From Octopus vulgaris (lineage: Eukaryota), in assembly GCA_951406725.2 (NCBI GenBank), contig OX597827.1, positions 5,704,001 to 5,768,000 of the forward strand: DNA of 64,000 nucleotides. Reading direction: 5' to 3'. Below, in pieces: positions 12,937-24,915 of the stretch. Below the pieces are notes generated by a model, which saw only the letters and a program-made list of their open reading frames with translations, made no database searches and was not told the origin of the DNA. The translations under genes and the position numbers were made by a program. Position 1 is the stretch's first letter; the number at the start of each line of letters is the position of its first letter.

Positions 12937-13167
12937 AGGCGGTGAGCTGGCAGAAACGTTAGCACACCGGGTGAAATGCTTAGCGGTACTTCGTCTGCCT
13001 TTATGTTGTGAGTTCAAATTCCGCCGAGGTCGACTTTGCCTTTCATCCTTTCGGGGTTGATAAATTAAGTACCAGTTACACACTGAGGTCGATGTAATCG
13101 ACTTAATCCGTTTGTCTGTCCTTGTTTGTCCCCTCTATGTTTAGTCCCTTGTGGGCAGTAAAGAAAT
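12937..13167 (+). mobile_element. tRNA-derived SINE family B (Deu/Nin-like central domain). Further copies at ~1381-1612(-), 7835-8065(-), 14482-14690(+), 18548-18778(-, nested in a + copy), 34892-35105(+), 35160-35355(-), 42095-42310(+), 46288-46386(-), 58092-58290(-), 63470-63630(-)
   Basis: Head GGCGGTGAGCTGGCAGAA, B-box GAGTTCAAATTCC and core GCCTTTCATCCTTTCGGGGTYGATAAATTAAGTACCA, which resembles the Deu/Nin SINE domain. Confidence 0.8.
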
Positions 13168-13673
13168 AATATATATATATATATATAATTAATAGTGACA
13201 GAGGCAGTATTAATACCATTTCCTCTTAAGAGTGGATGTTTGTGTTAGAACACAGAATACTGCTATAGTTATTATAAGAGGACTTCTCATATGAACTAGT
13301 GGTACATATAAGATCTTGTGTTTATACTACTAGTGGATAATTATCCCCTATCACCACCAGATCACATGATTTCGACCTTCCTTGGCCTTATCCATGTGTG
13401 TGTGTGCATGCTTGTCTTTATTCTGCACCACTACTGATGATGGTTTGTTCACATTGCCATGACTTGGTCTCTTTGAGCTCTGAACTCAAATCCTTCGAGG
13501 GTCGATAATAAATATCAGTCCAGGCATAGGCATTAACAAGTGGTTAAGAAATTTGCTTCCCAATCATATGATTTCAAGTTCAGTCCCACTGTGTGGCGCC
13601 ATAGGCATATGTTCTACTATAGCCCCAGGCTGTCCAATACTTTATGAGCAGATTTAGTGCATATGTACATATG

Positions 13674-13715
<42 letters not shown>

Positions 13716-13821
13716 CATGTGTGTGTACATACATGCATGTGTGTACATACATGCATGCATACATATATATTCAGCTCAATATCTATCTTTATATTTCATA
13801 CAAAAGTGTGTGCATGCATGT

Positions 13822-13861
<40 letters not shown>

Positions 13862-14717
13862 TTTAGCATGTATGGAAAGAATCTTGGATGTTATGGTTTG
13901 AATATCACTGATGTAGAATTTGTAAAAAACACTTATTTATTTTTATCCAATTTTCATTTTCTTTTTTTAATCATCAGAAACTAATTTGGGTCTATTCTAG
14001 ATTCTGTGTTTTTTTTTTTTATTCTTTTAATATATGCATATTATTATTATATTAACAAATGCAAGAATTTTTTTGCTATATAAATATATTTTGTTTGCAT
14101 TTGAAGTGTATAAATTTATTTTGTTTGAATATATAATTACATTTTCATTTTCTATCACTTGAAACAACATCATTTTTTTATTTATTTTCATGAGTGAAAT
14201 AGTACAATACCAAATACTTTCATTATTGAATATACATAACTTGCATTATTTTGGAAACTAATATAGCTATTATTACAATAATGGTTTGTGTGCTTTTTTT
14301 TTTATCTATGTAATTAATATGTAAATATATGTATATAGCATTAGTTTAAGATTCTTTATTAATGTTTCTTTTTTAAGGCATTTTTTATGCTGATTAAACA
14401 GAAACAAAACAAAAAATTACTTTTGTATATTTATTTAGTTGTTGTTGTTGTTGTTTTGTTGTTGTTGTTGTTGTTGTTATTGAGCTGGCAGAATCATTAG
14501 AATGCCGGGTGAAATGCTTAGCAGCATTTTGTCTGACTTGATGTTCTGAGTTCAAATTCTGCCAAGGTCAGTTTTGCCTTTCATCCTTTTGGGGTTGATA
14601 AAATAAGTACCAACAAAGCACTGGAGTCGATGTAATTGACTAACCCCGTCCTACAAAACTTCAGGCCTTGTGCCTATAGAAGAAAGGATTATTATTATTA
14701 TAATTATTATTATTATT

Positions 14718-15243
14718 GAGTGAGAGAGAGCAGTGCATGTCATTAAAGTGACACTGGGGTAAAATATATAAAACCCAGTATACTCATCATGACTACCTGT
14801 CTGATAAGGGTACACCAGACACATGCATCACAAACATATGAGTGCAACATGATAATCTCATATCAAGATAAACAGTGCATGACCTTGCAGGTGGGGCCCA
14901 GTTAGAATTTTCTTTTGGTTGAGTTGCCCTTCCTGCACAAAAGGTCCCTGAATAAAGGTTGTTTAAGAGGTGAATTATCCAAACCCCAAAGAATTCCTCT
15001 CAACACATAGCTATGATGCTGCCCCACTACTTCTGCTCGTGATCAGAGATGCACATATCGTCAGCCACTAAGGGACATGGTCAACTGGTTAAGGTCAAAG
15101 AACTGACAAGCAAATCTGTGGTATTGAGCAGAATATCTGCTGTAGTACATCTTTTATACCAAGACAAAACAATGTACATGAAAACACTTCGAATCACTTA
15201 AGATTAGAACCCATGAGAGCCACTGTCTGGTACTGCATAAGGA
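14718..15243. repeat. Unclassified ~525-bp insert bounded by (TTA)n arrays
   Basis: GC-richer block with TTA repeats on both sides and no ORF. Its element status is inferred from context only. Confidence 0.4.
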
Positions 15244-15249
15244 TTATAA

Positions 15250-15297
<48 letters not shown>

Positions 15298-15579
15298 TAT
15301 TATGATTGTTGTTATTATTATTATTATTATTTGCAGATTCTGGATCTCTGAGACTCAAACCAAAAAATGTATCTGTATAGCATTAAAAATTAAGAAAAAA
15401 ATCAAAAGCTTAATAGATATAAGTATGGATGTGTGATTAAGAAGCCTACTTTGCAACTATTTGGTTCTGGGTTCAGTTTCACAGCATGGCACCTTGACTA
15501 AGTGCCTTCTACTATAGCTCCAAGCTGACCAATGATTTGTGAGTGAATTTGGAAGACAGAAATTGTGTGGAAGCCTGTC

Positions 15580-15612
<33 letters not shown>

Positions 15613-16255
15613 TAAAATCAAAATCAAATTCGATGACTGGCATCCATGCTAGCGGAGTGCAAAGAGCACCATATGAGTGTGATCATTGGCAGAGCGGCTA
15701 ACTGGCTTCCGTGCCAGTGGCACATAAAAGGCACAATTCGAGTGTGATCGTTACCAGTGTCGCCTTACTGGCACCTGTGCCGGTGGTATGTGTAAAAAGA
15801 TTCGAGCGAGGTCATTGCCAGTACTGCCTGACTGGCCCCCATGCCAGTGGCATGTAAAAAGCACCCACTACACCCTCGGAGTGATTGACTTTAGGAAGGG
15901 CATCCAGCTGTAGAAACTCTGCCAAATCAAGATTGGAGCCTGGTGCAGCCATCTGGTTTAACCAGCCCTCAGTCAAAATCGTCCAACCCATGCTAGCATG
16001 GAAAGCGGATGTTAAACGATGATGATGATGATGATGATATATATGCACACATAATACATATATAAGAGAAGAATCTGGCAGGGTGCAGCACTGGACAGGT
16101 ATGGTGCTTGTGAACCTTTTACTACAAAAGTTTTTCCATGGTAACCTCAATGAATTTGCCTTTAGATGTTGGAATATGTCACAAACATATTTTAACTAGC
16201 CTAAAGTTTGCTTATGCTTAAACAGTGCTTGGCATCAATACTGCTGTAATATATA

Positions 16256-16665
16256 TACTCTTTTTACTCTTTTACTTGTTTCAGTCATTTGACTGTGGCC
16301 ATGCTGGAGTATCGCCTTTAGTCGAGCAACTCGACCCCGGGACTTATTCTTTGTAAGCCCAGTACTTATTCTATTGGTCTGTTTTGCCGAACCGCTAAGT
16401 AACGGGGACGTATACACACCAGCATCGGTTGTCAAGCGATGTTGGGGGGACAAACACAGACACACAAACATATGCACACACACACACATATATATATATA
16501 TATACATATATACGACGGGCTTCTTTCAGTTTCTGTCTACCAAATCCACACACAAGGCTTTGGTCGGCCCGAGGCTATAGTAGAAGACACTTGCCCAAGG
16601 TGCCACACAGTGGGACTGAACCCGGAACCATGTGGTTGGTAAGCAAGCTACTTACCTCACAGCCA
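16256..16665 (-). mobile_element. SINE family A
   Basis: Near full-length copy. Confidence 0.85.
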
Positions 16666-16701
16666 TATATATATACATATGTGTGTGTGTGTGTATGTAT
16701 A

Positions 16702-17950
16702 TCAGGTCATTAAGAATGAAATGTTCGATGGTCTTATGCACCAAATTCGACAGTCGTTAACTCTAATGTTTTATCCTGACAATTCTCTGTTTTAATAAGT
16801 TTTAAGAGTTACTTCGTTACTTTTCGAAATGCAATTCATGGCGTCTGATTATATTGTAAGATTTCTCTTGTAAATCAATTTTAGTGAACTCATAGATAGA
16901 TCAAAAATTCATGTTGTTTATGAATATGAGTTCTGTCATGGAACCACTGCATCCCAGACACCTCAAAATATCGATGAGGTGTTTGGTGAAGACATGGCGA
17001 ATGGGCGCACTGTGCATCAATGGTTTGAGAAGTTCCAGTCCAGTGACTTTACTCTTGAAAATCATCCCTGTGGTAAACCTGAGACAAAGGTGTATAACGA
17101 TGAGCTGGAACCTGTAGTGGAAGTGGATTAATCTCGTACTACACGTGAGCTAGCAGAAAGGTTTGATGTTTCGATCCCAACTCTAATGGAGGTTCTGAAA
17201 CAAATCGCAAGGCTTTAAAGAAGCTGGACATGTGGGTACCACATGAACTGAACGAGCATCAAATAACATGATTTCTTGAAATTTGTTGTTCTTTACAGAC
17301 ATGGCATAAGAGTGAACCATTTTTGGATTGTATTGTTATGTGGGATGAAAAATGGAAGTCTCTTCAACAATAGCAAGCATTTTGCACAGTGGTTGGATAG
17401 AGACAAAAAGTGCCAAACACAATCCAAAAAAGAATAATTACCAAAAAAAGCTAATGGTGTCTGCTTGGTGGTCCAGTGCTGGTATCATCCATTACAGCTT
17501 CAAGAGACCTGGTAAGTCAATTACAGCAGATGTATACATCAACCAATTGGATGAAATGATGAGAGAACTTGCAATTAAACAACAAATATTGGTCAATAGA
17601 GACAGGCCAATACTCTTGCAAGACAATGCTCGATCACATGTTGCACAAAGAACACTACTCAAGTTACAGGAACTGAACTTAGTACTCTGTCATCCACCAC
17701 ATTCACCAGACCTTGCACCAACTGACTATCACATTTTCCAGGCATTAGACAACATTTTGCAAAGAAAACTCTTCAAATCTGAAGAAGATGCAAAAACAGC
17801 CTTTCATGATTTCATCCCCTCTTCCTCTCCAGAATTCTTCGCTGCTGGCATAAATAAGCTACCAATAAAATGGCAAAACTGTGTTGATAATTTAGGTGCA
17901 TACTTTGATTAGCTGCATTGCTTTTTGTTGAGATAAAGTATTCACATTTA
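16702..17950 (+). mobile_element. Decayed mariner transposon, cecropia/Hsmar1-like; transposase pseudogene ~16892-17912
   Basis: TA + TCAGGT 5' end. The start codon is mutated to ATA. Motifs WVPHEL, DEKW, QDNARSH, HSPDLAPTDYH and C-terminal GAYFD* are present, with internal stops and frameshifts. No clear 3' TIR. Confidence 0.9.
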
Positions 17951-19274
17951 AAAGGTTTTGACTTAGCATTATTTACCCGAGCACCTAGAACTAGGCATTT
18001 AACAAGATCAAGATTGTCGAATAATATCCATAGCCTTAATAGAGTGTGCCTGGGAATCCAGGCAGAAAAATCTAATGATGTTGCTTCTGATTGGACCCCA
18101 TGGAGGAGATATCTGAAGTCTCTATTCCCATGACCCTCCCAAGAATAGTGGGCAGAGATGATGGAAGGATGGACACACACACACACACACACACATCTAC
18201 ACATCTACACATACATACACCTATGTGTGTGTACATGCACACATGTTAGGTTACCTTACTTTTCAGATCAAATTCACTCACAAGGGCATTAGTTGGCTTC
18301 AAGCTATTGCAGAAGACAAAGGCTCAAGGCTGAAGCATGTGGTTTTGAAACTACGCTGCTATGCCTATGCATAAGGTCTGATAATGTATTGTTCAATAAA
18401 ATACAGTAATATACAATATATGAGCATACTTAAGGTGGCAGAATCATTACTGCTTAGTAGCCTTTCATCTGTCTTTACATTTTGAGTTTAAATTCCACAG
18501 AGACTGACTTTGCTTTCATCCTTTTAGACATGATAAAGTAAGTACCGATTTCTTTATTACCCACAAGGGGCTAAACACAGAAGGACAAACAAGGACAGAC
18601 ATAGGTATTAAGTCGATTACATCGACCCCAGTGCATAACTGGTACTTGATTTATCGACCCCGAAAGGATGAAAGGCAAAGTCGACCTCGGTGGAATTTGA
18701 ACTCACAACGTAACGGCAGATGAAATACCGCTAAGCATTTCGCCCGGCGTGCTAACATTTCTGCCAGCTCGCCGCCTTAAGATAAAATAAGTACCAGTTG
18801 CACACTGGGGTCAATGTAATCGACTTACCTTCTTCCCCAGAAATACCAACCTTGTGCCAAAACTTGAATTTGATATAATTTTTACCTCTCCCTTACCATG
18901 CTTGCATGGGTCAGATGGAATTTATTGAGACAGCTTTTCTATGGCTTGATGCCCTTTCCATCACCAGAACTAATCTGTTTCCAAGCAAGGTAATATTTTT
19001 CCATGGTTAGATTTGTTTTCCATTGAACACAAGAACAGAAACGAACATCACTTCCAGAATGGTGATGCTTGTTTTTACAATCATCACATGATGTCAAGAC
19101 AAGGGTACGCACATAGTTATATAAATACACATACACACACACATATTTGTGTATTATGTATACATATATATGCACCCACACATAATTATGTGTTTGAATA
19201 TTATATATAATTTACACATATACACAATGCTATAAATAATATATATATGTATGTCTATATATATATGTATATAG

Positions 19275-19307
<33 letters not shown>

Positions 19308-19327
19308 TGTATGTATGTATGTATGTA

Positions 19328-19710
19328 GTGGAGGCTCAATGGCCCAGTGGTTAGGGCAGCAGACGGGAAGTCATAGGATCGCGGTTTTGATTCCCAGACC
19401 TGGCATTGTGACTGTTTATTGAGCGAAAACACCTAAAGCCCCACGAGGCTCCACCAGAGGGTGGTGGTGAACCCTGCTGTACTCTTTCACCATAACTTTG
19501 TCACTCCTTCTTCCTGTTTCTGTGGTACTTGTATTTCAAAGGGGCCAGCCTTGTCGCACTCTGTGTCATGCTGAATCTCCCTAAGAACTATGTTATGGGT
19601 ACATGTGTCTGTGGAGTGCTCAACCACTAGGACGTTAATTTCATGAGCATTCTGTTCAGTTGATTGAATCACCTGGAATCCTCGTCATCGAAACCGACGG
19701 AGTGCCTTAT
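19328..19710 (+). mobile_element. tRNA-derived SINE family D (related copy at 41615-41910)
   Basis: Head GGAGGCTCAATGGCCCAGTGGTTAGGGCAGC with A/B-box-like motifs. Shares the body AAACACCTAA.GC.CCA.G..GCTCC with the 41615 copy. Confidence 0.7.
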
Positions 19711-19747
19711 GCACATATATACACACATACATACATACATACATACA

Positions 19748-19824
<77 letters not shown>

Positions 19825-20112
19825 TCATATATATATACATACATATATTTATATATACATAACTACATACATATGTAAATGTATATACATATATATACAT
19901 ATGTGCGTGTGCATGAGTGTTTTATATATATATATTTTATTTATTTATGCATTGTTACTGAATTAATAATTTGAAATGTCAGTAAAAAAACCTGGGATCA
20001 GGTGGTGAAATTCTTTCCTGTACATCCAAATATGTTACAGAGATTACTGACAATGGAAAGCAAAGAATATTTTGAATAAAATTATATAAAAAAGTCAAAA
20101 TATACGTGTGAT

Positions 20113-20161
<49 letters not shown>

Positions 20162-21349
20162 GTATGTTTAAATATATGTAGATATGTATGCTTACATACA
20201 TAGGAACACATGTACACACACAATTACAAGCATGTATGCAGATACATATATACATACACATATATGTATAAATGTAGTTATATATGTGTGTGTAAATATA
20301 TGTATACATACACATGCATATATATATATGATATATATGTACATATGTGTGTGTGTGCGTACACACATATATATTTGTCTACATGTAGTATAAGTGTATA
20401 AAAGACAGAGAAGGAAGAAAGAAAGAAAGAAAGAGTGAGTGAGTGAGTGGGTGGGTGTAAAAGAAGGAAGGAGAAAGTGGAAAGAGAATATTTCCCTGTG
20501 TCTGTAGCTTTGACAGATTAGCAACAAAACACACAAAAATAAAAAAAAAAGTAATAAAGAAAGAAAGAAAAAAAGAAAAACTAAGCATAAATCAAACAAA
20601 TAAAAAAAAACCAAAAAAAAACCGTCTCTGAATGGCTAACTACAGAGCTTGTTTCTTAGAAAGTTCTTTCTTTCTTTCTTTTTGCTTTGTTTTCTTTTTT
20701 TTTTTTAGAAATTCTAATTTCCTTGAAAGAATTCAGTTTCCTAAAACTGAAAATATTTGCAGAAGAATCAGCCTGAATTCAACAATACATCTAAATGAAA
20801 GACTGGATTAAATGTCAAATGAAACAGTTGACAGTTATTGATGCATTGTAGCTCTCTCTTGTGACAGTTGAAGCAGGGCAGGCATGGCGCGGAGGCTGGA
20901 ATATATTTTCTTCTATATATCATCATACAAAATACTATAGCTCAACAACTCTGCCCTTTCTGCTGTGCGAGTGTATGTGTATATAATGTTGCAGTATTTA
21001 CATATTGGCATGTCATTTCATCAGCGTAACATAATACCGGTTAAAAACACTGTAACATTGCACGAAAGGCTGTCGATGTAAAGATTTGTTGTTGAGCTGT
21101 AATATATTAATATATGTATATATACAGGTACATATACATACATGTTCATGCGCGTACATACATATGTATACATTTGCACAGAGATACACACACAGCTATT
21201 CATATGTATGTATATGCATCTGCTTATGCAGATAACTGTGTAAGAATATACAGACACATACATAGAGACATATAAATATGTATTATTTGATTGTTCATGT
21301 GTGTGTGTATATGTGTGTGTATACACACACATGTATATGGATATATATA

Positions 21350-21405
<56 letters not shown>

Positions 21406-21495
21406 CACACACGCACACATTTATATATGCATATATATGCATTATATAATTATATATATATTTATGTAGGTATATATACATATATATATATATAC

Positions 21496-21534
<39 letters not shown>

Positions 21535-21540
21535 CATATA

Positions 21541-21576
<36 letters not shown>

Positions 21577-21611
21577 CATACATACATACATACATGCATA
21601 TATATATGTAT

Positions 21612-21656
<45 letters not shown>

Positions 21657-22227
21657 CACATATACATATATATATGTATGCATATATGACTGTGTATGTT
21701 TCTTTGAATGTATCTGTGTTTATACAAATACTGTATTAACATATATTAGTATATTACAGAGTCTGTATATGTGCAAATACGCTTACACTCACATAAACAT
21801 ATACAAACGTACAATCATACATTCATACATACACACCACCATTCATGCATATAAACATATATACATGCATACATATATGTAATTAATAATTTGTGCATAG
21901 TTTTCTGTACATGTTCAACTAACAATAGAAACAGCACAATTTTTGGAATTGTTTTATTCTTTTATACATCTCAATGTTATTTAGAATCAGTTCTGACTGA
22001 ATATATTTATTATTAAGACATTTAGTATTCTGTACTTTAGAGTTGGAACTAAATTTCACCATTATTTATCTCAAGCATCGTTTAATTTTTGCAGTAGTCA
22101 AGTCACATCAGTTGATTCTTCACGGTTACATTTGTTGAATGCCAAAGAATCAAAGTTGGAAGCGCAGAGGCTAGCGAGTCATTCAAACTACCCATTAAAT
22201 GTCCTTCAAATTATAAATACACACACA

Positions 22228-22620
22228 TCATCATCATCATTGTTCGACCGTGGTCGAGACAATGGACTTTACTATGCTACGCCTGACTTCACAGTCCATC
22301 ATGGCATTACGGAGGTCCCGTTGCTGGATGCCTGTATCCCTGGAGATTACATCAGGGTAGGAGAGTGTGCGCCCTCTGGTATCGCGACCGTGGTCGAGAC
22401 AATGGAATTTACCATGTTACGCCAGACTTCACGTTCCATCATGGCATTACGGAGGTCCTGTTGCTAGATGCCTGTATCCCTGGAGATTACATCAGGGTAG
22501 GAGAGTGTGCGCTCTCTGTTATTGCGAGTAGATGGCTTCCAGAGGAGAAGAGTAGAAATTGCCTCGTTTTCAGCTCTACAACAATGTCCAGCAAACTGGA
22601 TTCTCTTACCTTTCACAAGC
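22228..22620 (-). mobile_element. RTE-clade LINE 3' end with tandem duplication of the terminal ~140 bp
   Basis: Same family as 5673-5885 (LVKGKRIQFAGHCCRAE...). The terminal segment occurs twice (22245-22387 and 22386-22527). Confidence 0.75.
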
Positions 22621-22817
22621 ATGGCACAGACATGGTCATCATAAGGTACAGCCACACTGGACAGTTGTCCAGGGACTTCAAAGATTTAGAGGTCCAGTTC
22701 TCATCTGTTCTGATACATGAATTCTGTAGCTTACTATCCCAATAAATGAATACTAAAGGACCTGGCACATTTACCCAAGGCCATACAATGCTGCAAATCA
22801 GGACCTGAATACTGGCA

Positions 22818-23222
22818 TTCTTTTACTCTTTTACTTGTTTGAGTCATTTGACTGTGGCCATGCTGGAGCACCACCTTTAGTCGAGCAAATCGACCCTAGG
22901 ACTTATTCTTTGTAAGCCTAGTACTTATTCTATCGGTCTCTTTTTGCCGAACCGCTAAGTTACAGGGACGTAAACACACCAGCATCGGTTGTCAAGCGAT
23001 TTTGGGAGGACAAACATAGACACACAAGCACATACACACACACATATATATATATATATGATGGGCTTCTTTTAATTTCCATCTACCAAATCCACTCACA
23101 AGGCTTTGGTTGGCCCGAGGTTATAGTAGAAGACACTTGCCCAAGGTGCCACGCAGTGGGGGTGAACCCTGAACCATGTGGTCGGTAAACAAGCTACTTA
23201 CCACACAGCCACTCCTACGCCT
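22818..23222 (-). mobile_element. SINE family A
   Basis: Full-length copy. Confidence 0.85.
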
Positions 23223-23725
23223 CATATGTATATAGGTATTAAATAAATAAACATACAAACACACCCACAAATACAAACACAGAGCTTCTCCAAGGTGCCA
23301 TGCAATGAGACTGATCCTGGAACCATGGAGTTAGCAAGCAAGCTTCTCACCACACAGTCATACCTGCACCTATACTACAGATATTTTAAAAACCAAGGTC
23401 TTTATTGCATGATGGCTGATGATCAATATTCACTTTTACTTGTAATAAATCTGTACAATTTCTCCTCTTTTATATCAAGATTCTCTAATAACCTTGTTCA
23501 CTCTACCATATGTCCATATATATGTATGTGTGTATGTGTGTGTATGCACGCGTGCATGTGTATGAATGTGCACACACATGTGCGTGTTTGTGTATGTATG
23601 TACTTATGTATGCATGTATGTATGTTTGCATTTTCTTTTATTCTTTAATTTTTTTATTGTCTCCAGTCATTTGACTGTGGCCATGCTAGAGCACTGCCTT
23701 TAGTCAAACAAATCGACCCCAGGAC

Positions 23726-23770
<45 letters not shown>

Positions 23771-23981
23771 ATATGTATATGTGTATATGTTTGTGTGTCT
23801 GTGTTTGTCCCCCCACCTTCGCTCAACAATAGATGTTGGCATGTCTACGTCCAAGAAATGTAGTGGTTCGGCAAAAGAGACCGATAGAATAAGTACTAGG
23901 CCTGGGATCGATTTGCTTGACTAAAAGGTGGTGCTCTAGCATGGTGGCAGTCAAATGACTGAAACAAATAAAAGAATAAAA

Positions 23982-24013
<32 letters not shown>

Positions 24014-24211
24014 CTCTAACAATTGACCACAATAATATGATCATATGACTATATATATAGTATTAATATCAATATGACTAATATGATTATATCTAATACA
24101 CACCCACACATATGTTTACTCTTATGAATAATGTATAGGTGTTATTTATATATATGTATATTTATATATCCGCATCCACATATAGTATATCATCACCATT
24201 ATTATTATTAT

Positions 24212-24897
<686 letters not shown>

Positions 24898-24915
24898 TTG
24901 TCAAAGATACTTTAC

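Noticed and set aside
17352-17912. 186-aa SETMAR-like ORF as a domesticated gene
   Set aside because: The upstream transposase has a mutated start, stops and frameshifts, and there is no SET-domain exon. It is a decayed transposon.
20760-21100. Unique segment with weak minus-strand acceptors, a candidate cytoplasmic exon of the protocadherin
   Set aside because: The pyrimidine tracts are poor and the short phase-0 peptides have no recognisable protocadherin tail character. It cannot be supported without RNA data.
22605-22740. Apparent minus-strand exon ending in AAG|GTAAGA as a candidate second protocadherin exon
   Set aside because: The donor-like site lies within the RTE coding remnant (LVKGKRIQFAGH), and no clean acceptor with a phase-0 open frame was found.
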